From the NCBI RefSeq assembly GCF_006345805.1, contig NC_043005.1, forward strand, positions 19,034,001 through 19,098,000: DNA of 64,000 nt, read 5' to 3'. The notes below the pieces were generated by a model. The model saw nothing but the letters and a program-made list of their open reading frames with translations, was not told where the DNA came from and ran no database searches. A program made the position numbers and the translations under genes. Every line of letters starts with the position of its first letter. The stretch's first letter is position 1. This DNA is from Octopus sinensis. Lineage: Eukaryota. Below, piece by piece: positions 53,357-64,000 of this stretch.

Positions 53357-53737
53357 GGAAGCACTCCGTCGGTTACGACGACGAGGGTTCCGGTTGATCC
53401 GATCAACGGAACAGCGTGCTCGTGAAATTAACGTGTAAGTGGCTGAGCACTCCACAGACACATGTACCCTTAACGTAGTTCTCGGGGATATTCAGCGTGA
53501 CACAGAGAGTGACAAGGCCGGCCCTTTGAAATACAGGTACAACAGAAACAAGAAGTAAGAGTGAGAGAAAGTTGTGGTGAAAGAGTACAGCAGGGATCAC
53601 CACCATCCCCTGCCGGAGCCTCGTGGAGCTTTAGGTGTTTTCGCTCAATAAACACTCACAACGCCCGGTCTGGGAATCGAAACCGCGATCCCACGACCGC
53701 GAGTCCGCTGCCCTAACCACTGGGCCATTGCGCCTCC
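53357..53737 (-). mobile_element. SINE family D, full length, 11-bp TSD
   Basis: tgttatgaacc at 53345-53355 and 53738-53748. Confidence 0.93.
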
Positions 53738-54456
53738 TGTTATGAACCATGTCTACATTATAACTGACAACCAGACAGGGATTTATAGGCGCAGGCATGG
53801 TTAGGTTAAAGAAGTTTGCTTTGCAGCCACGGCGTTTCGTGTTCGGTCCCACTACGTGGGACATTAAGCGAGTGTCTTCTACTATAATCCTGGGCCGACC
53901 AATGCCTGTGGAGTGAATCTGGCAAACAGAAACTGTGATAAATCTGTTGTACACACACACATACACGCACACACTAACATGTGCGTCCGTGTGTGTGCGT
54001 GCGCGCAGGCATGTGTGTATTTATACTGGTTTGTTTACATACCTACAAATTAGAGGTTAGGCAAAATTAATCGATTGAATAAGTGCCGGACTTAAAATAA
54101 AACCTTGAGTCCATTTGATTAACAAACCGCACAATGCCATGCTCCAGTGTGGCTGCCATTCAATGACTGAAACAAGAAATAGACTAAACATTGTCTGTTT
54201 ATTGACCCCTTAAAGTTAAGTAGATGAGAGACTAATCTCTATCCACCCGTCCCTCTGTCCCTCTATCTATCCATCCATCCATCCATCCACTTATCCACCC
54301 GTCTATCACTCCCTTCCTTTCTTCCTTCCTCCCTCCCTCCCGCCTCCATACATACATACATACATACATACATACATACATACATACATACATACATACA
54401 TGAATACATACACATATACATACATACATACATACATACACACATACATACATACA

Positions 54457-55765
54457 TGTCTGAGCTCCCCTCTTGCAATAAAGCAATATCCTGCAATGCA
54501 TTTGCAGTACAAGTGTTGATCCCAACATTTGGCATACCTGATTTGTCTGTAGAGGAAATCCACTCCATAGATATCAAAACCCACAAAATCCTGACAACAG
54601 CAGAAAACAGTGATGTTCACAGGCTCTACTTAAAAAGAAACGAAGGAGGTAGACTCCTGAGATCAGGTCAGACATCCTTCGAATGCTGTATGGTATCACT
54701 CAGACAGCACCTGCTGAACCACAGCAGCAGCAAAAATAAATATATTAATGCAGTCCTAAAAAGTGAAGTGAGCAACATTGTATGAGTTGGCAGAGAACTC
54801 CTCATGAAACATTCTCTTCTTGGGCTTTCTTACCTCAGAGAAGACCTGGTTGGAAAGCACTCAGCATACAAAAAAAAAAGACCATGCACGGGTATGTTGC
54901 CTGGAAGCTTGAAGAAGACAGGAGAATTGATACAAAACACAACCTCTCTTGGATACAAGACCACTACATCACATCACACTTTAAAGGCTGTGCCTTTGCA
55001 ATCCAGGAACAGGAGATGGCTCCAAAGTACCTGGTGGACAAGAGAGACAGTGATGCTCTTGTAATCCCATGGTCCAACCGCATGTGTAGGCTATGTTATG
55101 TTTCTGTGGAAGACATTACGTATGTCATTAGCAGCTGTCCTAAAATGTCGCCACGGTACTACCTCCCTAGGCGGCACGAAGTTGTTGCTAAAACAAATTA
55201 CAATGCCATCTGGAAAAAAAAAAGATTGTCTTGAAATAAACTTAGAAAATCCCTCTGTTATGGAATATATTCATAAACATCAACTCAAGGAATACTATTG
55301 GAATATTTCCATCAAAACGTCTGTCAAATGCAAACATAACAGGCTGGATATTGTTATTTTGGGCAGAGGAGCAAAGGTATGCGCCATAATAGAGGTCAGT
55401 TGCCCTACAGATATAAATATCTCTTTGAAAATTAAAGGAAAAGAGGATATCTATGGGCAACTGCTTCAAAACCTCCAACTTTTATATCCAGGCTATGAAT
55501 TCATATTCATACCAATAATATTTAGAGCACCAGGTTTTGTTAGTAAATGCTTAAAGGAGAATCAGGATAAACTGGGATTTTCGAAAGAGAAATTGACCGG
55601 TTGATTCGTACATTACAAGTCCAACCAATGAGTGGAACAGTAGAAATATGTAAGACTTTTCCCAAGTTCCACACGTGAATTTGTCAAGATGGGGCCTTGT
55701 ATTTTTGATGGATATCGGCTTTCTCTTCAGTGGAAGATTTATAATAATTAAAAAATAGAAGAGAC
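54457..55765 (+). mobile_element. 5'-truncated RLE-type LINE (fourth family), flanked by (TACA)n, frameshifted
   Basis: AFAVQVLIPTFG, SDVHRLYLKRNEGGR, CRLC...ISSCP knuckle, HNRLDIVI..IIEVSCP..K..YGQL. Confidence 0.88.
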
Positions 55766-55778
55766 ATACATACATGCA

Positions 55779-55812
<34 letters not shown>

Positions 55813-55814
55813 CA

Positions 55815-55866
<52 letters not shown>

Positions 55867-56581
55867 CAGATATATAAGAATTCAGTAATAATTTTTGCTT
55901 TGTATTTATTATCTCTTACTGTGTATTACCATTTGCACAGGTTTTGATTTGTTTGTAACTGTAGACCTAAGGAGAACTTACTGCTGTAGCTGCGGCGATA
56001 TAGTTTTCTTTAATTTAGTGATGTTTGTGTTTGTGTCTGTGTTCATTTCACCTGTAACGACCAGGTTTGCGTTTTATATTGTTTTATGGTTGATTATTCG
56101 TTGATATAACTTTGGGAGATACTTTCTGGGGTCCATAAGACGATTTTCTATCTTCGTGTTATTTCCACCTTTAGATTATCCTTATTTATAGTTTCTATCA
56201 CTACCATTTCTTTTTCTTAAATCTTACCCATATTTCTTATTTGCATATTTGTTGGTCAGTAATCAGAAAGCACTCTAGATTTTGATTTTGTAATGTACTG
56301 TTTTTCAACTTGTGCTTTTCTGCACGTTAAATCTATATTCTTGTTTAAATCTATAAACAAACTCGAGTCGTTTGTTTATTCATCTGTTCGCCATTTGTTT
56401 TTGCATTAAATATCTTTTATTATTAGAATTCTTTTTAAAATTTGATATTGTTTGGGATTTCAGAAGACATTTTAAATTAGCTTCGCTCTTCTTTAGCTCA
56501 AGGATACTTGAAATTTTAAATTATTATAGTTATTGCTTGTTCCTAATTATTTTATCTTAAATTTGCCTTTCAGAAAGCGTG

Positions 56582-56865
56582 ATGGCTGACATATTCAGAG
56601 GACATTCAGTTTTCCGAGGTGAATCAAAGGTTGACGTAGATTCCGCTTTGAAAAACAAGATTGTTGGCATATATTTCAGCGCCAGCTGGTGTCCTCCTTG
56701 TCGTCAGTTTACGTTAAGACTTAAGGAAATCTATGAAGAACTTGAAGGAGATGAATTTGAAGTGGTTTTTCTACCGTTTGACCATAGCAAAGAAGATGCA
56801 ATGACATATTATAAATGTAATCAGGGAAACTGGTTATATATGGAATACGGCGAATCTTTAATTGA
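56582..56865 (+). CDS. Nucleoredoxin-like (NXNL2/tryparedoxin-type) thioredoxin, coding exon 1 of 2 (150 aa in total)
   Basis: KIVGIYFSASWCPPCRQFT..FEVVF..D motif; acceptor tttcag at 56568-56573 with ATG 8 nt into the exon; donor GA|gtaagt at 56866 (phase 2). Confidence 0.93.
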
Positions 56866-57187
56866 GTAAGTATGTTTTGTTGGAAACAAGGTAGTTCAAC
56901 TACTGCGCTTGTGACACCTATTGAATCAGAAATTCGTAATGCAGCTCTTTGCTTGTCACCAGACAATCACATCGTCTGTTTAGTAATGGCGTGCTAGTTC
57001 TGTGAAGTCCTTAATTATTATGTCACGTTTTCAAGCGTGCATAGCTACAATTACAACTAAGCATTTACTTTATATGCTACTGTTTTGGAGAGATAATTTC
57101 AACATATCAAGAATTTAACAGGTATATTATTTAATATAGCCTCGTTAGATTTTGTTATTTATAAATACATCTATAGATATTACTGAA

Positions 57188-57223
<36 letters not shown>

Positions 57224-57227
57224 CCTG

Positions 57228-57410
57228 GAGGCGCAATGGCCCAGTGGTTAGGGCAGCGGACTTGCGGTTGTAGGATCGCGGTTTCGATTCCCAGACTAGG
57301 CGTTGTGAATGTTTATTGAGCGAAAACACCTATAGCTCCATGAGGCTCCGGCAGGGGGTGGTGGCGATCCCTGCTGTACTCTTTCGCCGCAACTTTCTCT
57401 CACTCTTTCC
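57228..57410 (+). mobile_element. SINE family D, 5' half, intronic
   Basis: ggaggcgcaatggcccagtggttaggg head. Confidence 0.88.
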
Positions 57411-57654
57411 TCTGTTAGCTTTCTCGCTTAGCCAGCGGGGTGGCATCATTTGAAGGCTAAAACAATGCAAAGCGCATTGTGACCAGCGATGTGTAGCAAC
57501 ATCTGATAGCCTGGTCGGTCACGGTAATCACGGTGATATATATACACACACACATACGTACATACACATATACATATATACATTTATATGTAAATATATA
57601 TCTTTACAATATAAATATGCACACATACACACTAACACACACAGATATGTTCCT

Positions 57655-58030
57655 TTATTCTTTTACACGTTTCAGTCATTTGACTACGGCATTGCTGGAG
57701 TACCGCAATGAAGGGTTGTAGTCGAAGAAATCAACCCCAGGACATTCATTGTAGGTCTGGTACTTATTCTGTCGGTCTCCTTTGCCGAACCGCTAAGGTA
57801 TGGGGGACGTCAACACACCAACATCGATTGTCAAGCGATGGTGGTGGTGGGGGACAAACAAAGGCACACACATGAATATACATATATATATATACAACGG
57901 ACTTCTTTCAGTTTCTGTCTACCGAATCCACTCACAAAACTATAGTAGAAGATACTTTCCCAAGATGTCACATAGACTAAACTCGGGATCATGTGATTGG
58001 GAAGCAAGCTTCTGACCAGTCACGATTGCG
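57655..58030 (-). mobile_element. SINE family A, degraded, intronic
   Basis: Match to 7141-7540. Confidence 0.8.
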
Positions 58031-58040
58031 CGTATATATA

Positions 58041-58111
<71 letters not shown>

Positions 58112-58210
58112 ATATGTATACATACATACGTATATATGTCCATATACATTTTTATGCATAGTTAATGTATGTACATGTAATATATATATTATGCAGAATA
58201 AAAATATAAA

Positions 58211-58280
<70 letters not shown>

Positions 58281-59712
58281 TTATTTATCCATCCATCTAT
58301 CTTTCTGTCTTTCTGTCTGTCTATCAATCAATCAATCAATCAGTCAGTCAATCAATCTGTCTATCTATCTACTTTACCTTACTCATTCATTAGACATTAG
58401 GCATGCCCCCACACCACTCCCAGGTCATTTGATCGATTACTTTGACAGAGTTACTTTTTCTAATATATTTTTGACCTCATAGAGTGGAATGGTAAGTATA
58501 TCTGTAAATCATGGGACATAACTAAAGATAGTAATCAAATACCCCAAAATACAGTTGTTAGACTCAACACTTATGATTTCCTACATGGTTGTCTTGTACT
58601 CTGTATTTTCGTTGTTAAAAAAGTCCGTTTCCTTGTTTGGTTTTATGTTTTCGTTTCTCGTTGTGTTCTACGATTATTTGTGGTGTCCTGTACCCATATA
58701 TGCATGTATATATATATATATAGATGTAGGTATGTAAATATATGTATGTATGTATGCATATGTTTTATTTATTATATTGTTATTATATATATATATATAC
58801 ATACATTTGGACACTGGCACATATACACATATATATTCAGCATATATGCAGAGAACGAGAGAGAGAGAGAGAGAGGGGTGGGGAAAGAGAGGGAGAGAGA
58901 TTGGGAAAGAAAGAGAAAGGGTCAGAGAAATACAAACAGACAGAGACAGAGAGTGTGTGGATGATATAAGCACTAACCAACAAAGATTTTGTACGCTGAA
59001 AGTATAAATAAAAACCAGCTGCTTGGCGAGACTCAAAGGTCCGGGGTACCTCTGATATATAAGACAACATGTCGAAATATCAGTGTCCCAGAATCCTTTG
59101 TGTCAATGAGACAAGGTGCTGAATACACTATCGTCATGATGGAGAGGAATTTTTCTGTTTTGGTGTACATTACAGCAACTGGTATGTGTTACGTCTGAAC
59201 TTGCCGAGATGTATTTAGAATGAATAATCAAATATTTGTTCATATGAAAAAAGACTTAACGTGCTAATTCACAATTTAGGTCTTCAAAATTTAATTCAAA
59301 ACTACTCCAGGCTATAATAAAATAACATTTGATCAATGTACCATTCAGCGATCCAGTTGAACCAGGAATAACATGATTGCAAAACGAACCTCTTAGTAAA
59401 CCTCTATGTCCAAGTACACCTCTCTCTCACAATATATATATATATATATATATATGGAGAGAGAGAGAGAGCAACCCAGCGTTTCCTGATCCAAACAATA
59501 ATATATTCCGCTATTTATCAAGCTGAAAATAAGAGCGTTTGTCAGTTGTCATTTGAGCAGATAACGTTTGAACAAGAGACGCTTGCAATATATATCGGGT
59601 GCAGATTGCATAGAATAACCAGCTGAAGGAGGCGTCATCCTGGGGCTAAAATGGTAGTCACGTCGGTTCTTACGGGACAGCCATGTTGAAGTGGCGATAA
59701 ATATTATTTCTG

Positions 59713-59795
<83 letters not shown>

Positions 59796-60068
59796 ATATA
59801 TATATATATATATATACATAGCCACACGCGCGTGCACACGCAGATATATATGATGGCCTCTTCCGTCGAAGATGATGTATGAGTGTTTTATATATGTATT
59901 TATGTATGAAATAGTATGAGATAGAATCACAGATGTACATATATCTCGAATCAATAAGCAAATCTCAGTCACAATCTTAAACTATCGATTACAAATTCAG
60001 CAGGACATGTTCTTATATCTTTTACTTTCCTTTCATTTATTCTGCCTTTTACCTTTTCCCTTCAATAG

Positions 60069-60237
60069 CGATCTGCGAAAGAAATTCGATGTAGCTGGAA
60101 TTCCTAAATTAATTATACTAAACAAGAAAAGTGAAGTGATTACAAAAAACGGGCGAGAAGACCTCCAGGAACACGAAGCAGCTGTTCTTAAGAAGTGGAA
60201 AGAAAACAAGGAAATGAAACAAATCAAAGGAAAATAA
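60069..60237 (+). CDS. Nucleoredoxin-like thioredoxin, coding exon 2 (terminal)
   Basis: Polypyrimidine acceptor cccttcaatag|C. GA+C gives Asp and continues in frame DLRKKFDVAGIPKLIILNKKSEVITKNGR (cis-Pro GIP motif) to TAA. Confidence 0.93.
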
Positions 60238-60326
60238 ATTCACAGATATGATTCTTGTTTACTGAAAAACAGACGAACTTTCATATAGAATGTACTATAT
60301 TACAATTTTATCTTTTTTTTATGTGG

Positions 60327-60430
60327 AATAAAAACAAAAGACAGAAAAATTCACAAAAACTAGGAGACTGTAAGCGTTGTTTCATTTTGTTTTGGTTGCT
60401 GTTTGTGTTTTGCTTTTTGACGTTTGTGTT
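60327..60430 (+). terminator. Putative polyadenylation signal and downstream U/GU-rich element of the nucleoredoxin-like gene
   Basis: AATAAA at 60327-60332; GT/T-rich tract at about 60376-60430. Confidence 0.5.
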
Positions 60431-60559
60431 AGGGACTTTTTCTTCGTTATCTTAATAAGTTTTTGAAAATTTGTTTATCCTAATGAATGATGTGTGATAA
60501 AAGATTTGATAAATGCTTCATTGCATTGTACTTCGATTGGCTATCAGTTTGCCTTTAAG

Positions 60560-60569
60560 TGGAATATAT

Positions 60570-60652
<83 letters not shown>

Positions 60653-60731
60653 GTATATATATATATTATATATATATATATGTATGTATGTATGCATATA
60701 TATATATGTATATATATATATATTATATATA

Positions 60732-60764
<33 letters not shown>

Positions 60765-60831
60765 ATATGTATATATATATATGTATATATGTATGTATGT
60801 ATGTATGTATGCATATATATGTATGTATGTG

Positions 60832-60865
<34 letters not shown>

Positions 60866-60910
60866 ACACGTACATACATACATATATGCACAGATATACA
60901 CATATAGTTA
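60560..60910. repeat. (TA)n/(TATG)n microsatellite
   Basis: Direct reading. Confidence 0.95.
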
Positions 60911-61579
60911 GATAAATATAAGTAGACGTGTCCAGTCTTGAACGGCTGCGTCAATACCTAGAATAAATTATAGCCACATGGATCCGCTATATTTGGAACA
61001 TTTTGCTTTATAATTGCGCACAGTCATCAGTTGGTCCAGGAATATCGATTCACTCAGAATTGTTGCATGCAAGCATTATGAAACGGTTCAAGCTGAGAAG
61101 TAATCGACGTTTTACGAAGTGGCTAGCGTGGTGACTCGCCGACATAAAGCCGTTGGTTCGATTCCAGGACGGAACAGCACGTTGTGTCCTTGAAGAAAAT
61201 AGGACATTTCACTTTGTTCCAGTCTATCAGTTGTGAAAGAACCGAACGGCTAGAGATGCAGCATCTCTCCTATCACATCCTTAAAACTGTGCTGAGTTGA
61301 GTGCAGGAGGATCAAGAAGGCGTCTATATCTGCTTGCAACTACATAGGCACCTAAAGTAATTAGTGAAAACTTAGTACACGATACTATATAAAAACCATT
61401 TACGAGGGTCACTTGAGGATTTTTTTTCCCAATATGCAATTAGCATCACGAAATTCCTTGACCAGAAACCACGATGATGAGAATTTATTTATTAAAGGTA
61501 ACCTCCCTAATATTTAAATTTACAATATTCTGTTTTGCGAATAATATAGTAATTATGTCGTCTTTTCATCTACCTAAAT

Positions 61580-62130
61580 CACGAATTGGATACTGCATGA
61601 TGTCGGTTAGAGTGATAACGTTGAAACTACGAAGAAAACATTTCACTATGATCATACAACTAAATTCCCGTATACAAGAACACAGTGAAGAAGAGATATA
61701 ACTATGAACAAATACACACTTATCAACAAATTTCACCATTTAATTTCAAATGTAATAAAATGCACCAGAACCGAAGAAAACAAAATTAGAATGGGAGATT
61801 TTAATGCAAAAGTTGGCTGGGAAATACCGATAATAGATCAATATAAATGGAGTAAAGGAAATAAAAAAAGAATTAATCGATCCGTTTTTATGAAAGAAAC
61901 GATTCAGTAGCAACAACGAAGAGCAATTTTACATGTGGAAGAGTCCAGATGACAACAATATAGTCAATAGACTGTATTGCTAGTCTAACAGTTTAGAAAC
62001 CGTATGAAACTTATAAAACCATATCCTGGAGCATATATGTTTTTCAGATCAGAATGAAGTTGTAAAGCTATAAAATGAGAACAAATTATAACCTAATGCA
62101 AACAAATATAATTTGAAAATAAAAGTATAA
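61580..62130 (+). mobile_element. RTE LINE apurinic-endonuclease domain remnant
   Basis: RVITLKL..TMIIQ, HSEEEI, MGDFNAKVG, WKSPD, KPYPGA, SDQN fragments across frameshifts. Confidence 0.75.
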
Positions 62131-62918
62131 ATAGAAATTAAAGAACCATAAAACAACGAACAAGTTAGAATAAAGGGAACACAAAACTTGCATGCGAACA
62201 TCAGTAAGGAAATCACTTCCGGAAAAGCAGAAGAAAAGGACAACTGTGAATTTAATCGATCGAGTATCCCGTCATGCGTTGTATGTGAATATATCTCTAA
62301 TCTATTTTCCTTTTTATTGCCTGTGACAGCTGATGATATAAGTACTAAAGCTGAATCCGAAGTTGAATGAGAAATTTTTATGGATTTTATTGAAAAATAA
62401 CAGTTCAGGAAGTGAATCTAGAATGGGTATTAGTGACAAATGGCCAAGTGGAACTGAGTATTTATGCGGATCTCTTAAATCCCTTCTTTTAGCCATATAA
62501 ATACTCCATATTTGGACGAGTTTTCTTCCTTTCCCATTGAGTTAATTGAAGTCCCATCATCTTTCAAATTGTTCATTGTCTGTTTTGAAAGAGTGCAAAA
62601 CGCTTTCATGTTTTCTCTTTGAAGTAGCCCTTATTATTTTCATTATAAAAGTTTTGCTTTTAGTGCCTGCCTTTTAATAAGCTTTGGTGTTTTTCTTTTT
62701 AGCTGTATACTCGAATTCGCCTGCTCAGCCCGTCTTGTTCTCTCATTGAACTATACGAATAGCTTTTGTTCTGTACGTTGAGTAAATTTTATAGTCCTTA
62801 TCAAATGAAATGGAAGTATTTTACTCTAAACTGAGACGGAAATATATAATAAATTTTGATAAGGAGTGTTGAATAAGTGTTGGGATTGTTAAAAATATTC
62901 CGATGAAATGTAAAGAGA

Positions 62919-63258
62919 GAAGCACTCCGTCGGTTACGACGACGAGGGTTCCAGTTGATTCGAATCAACGGAACAGCCTGCTCGTGAAATTAACGTGTAG
63001 TTCTCGGGGATATTCAGCGTGACACAGAAAGTGACAAGGCCGGCCCTTTGAAATACAGGTACAACAGAAACAGGAAGTAAGAGTGAGAGAAAGTTGTGGT
63101 AAAAGAGTACAGCAGGGATCACCACCATCCCTGCCGGAGCCTCGTGGAGCTTTAGGTGTTTTCGTTCAATAAACACTCACAACGCCCGGTCTGGGAATCG
63201 AAACCACGATCCTATGACCGCGAGTTCGCTGCCCTAACTACTGGGCCATTGCGCCTCC
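62919..63258 (-). mobile_element. SINE family D (internal deletion), 15-bp TSD
   Basis: tccgatgaaatgtaa at 62899-62913 and 63261-63275. Confidence 0.93.
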
Positions 63259-64000
63259 AATCCGATGAAATGTAAGCAGCTAAGGAAGATGTGTTGTCTG
63301 TATATGCGGAAGCTGAACGTCAGAAGGAGTGACGTTATATTCTGAGAGGACGCGTACGCTTCATATTGATTATGTTGGTATAATTAGAAGACTGTTTGGG
63401 AAGCGAGCTGGCAGAATCGTCAGAGTGTTGGAAAAAATGCTATGCTACACTGGTTTTGAACTCTGTACGCTCCAAGGTCAAATCTCGCCGAGGTTAATTT
63501 TGCTTTTCATCTTTTCGGGGCCGATAAAACAAAGTACCAGTCACCTACTTGGGACGGCTAACTGCTTCTGCTCCAGATTGATGGTGTGGTGCCTTGACCA
63601 GAAACCATAATTAATAGAATGTCGTATCACTATAGACAGGGCTTTTGGTGGATATTCAATTCACGAAGGGTTACAAATTAGGGGGAAACACGATGATATT
63701 TTGAAGACAATATCATTTCAAAAGAAATTAAATGCAGTCAGTTACTATCGTATACAGGTAAGTCAAATATAATCGGAAATGTTGAATCCATAGATTAAGG
63801 TATATTGCTTATGACGTGCTGAAAGATGGTTAATTCTAAACAAAAACTTGGCGATCCGATTCAGGATTGATGTTGCACTTACACAAAAATTATGTGTTGA
63901 AATACAACCAAAATATAATAGGTGTAACTGCATGTAAGGTCTGACTAAGAAACATATCTGGTATCATGTTAACCGTTCTTAACAGTTCTGTTGTAATGAA

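Noticed and set aside
53660-53737. tRNA genes at SINE heads (also 14480-14548, 44293-44365, 57228-57300)
   Set aside because: A/B boxes are present but acceptor stems are incomplete and each continues into a SINE body
56870-56875. Alternative donor gtatgt 4 nt downstream of the main donor
   Set aside because: It would include the TAA upstream of an exon junction (likely NMD); the main donor gives a perfect in-frame join
60233-60238. AATAAA overlapping the nucleoredoxin-like stop codon as the poly(A) signal
   Set aside because: It arises from Lys codon plus TAA; the 60327 hexamer has a better downstream GU-rich element
62300-62830. Protein-like purine-rich minus-strand stretch
   Set aside because: Multiple stops in all frames; no motif I can assign

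Overview
Eukaryotic, AT-rich, microsatellite-saturated DNA. The SINE/LINE repertoire looks like octopus (coleoid cephalopod) DNA; this is inferred from recognised repeat families, not from a marker gene. A 100-N scaffold gap lies at 13884-13983. Only one host gene is well supported: a two-coding-exon, 150-aa nucleoredoxin-like (NXNL2/tryparedoxin-type, WCPPC) gene at 56582-56865 + 60069-60237 (+). Its phase-2 intron puts a stop codon right at the donor, the layout that yields truncated RdCVF by intron retention in vertebrate NXNL1/2. Everything else I can support is mobile DNA or repeat: at least four tRNA-derived SINE families, several RLE-type (R4/Dong-like) LINE remnants sitting in microsatellites, RTE, CR1 and Tx1 LINE remnants, a Tc1 transposon with both TIRs, Helitron/Helentron-type non-autonomous elements, MITE-like hairpins and very long simple repeats. 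Most ORFs in the supplied track are microsatellite artefacts. The best leads are (1) the RdCVF-like gene architecture, (2) SINE multimers of 2-4 units enclosed by a single target-site duplication and (3) a set of microsatellite-targeting retroelements, including an unclassified ~550-bp element always embedded in (TAA)n. I see no firm evidence of a wholly new biological system. Repeat boundaries are approximate (about 10-20 bp) unless stated.
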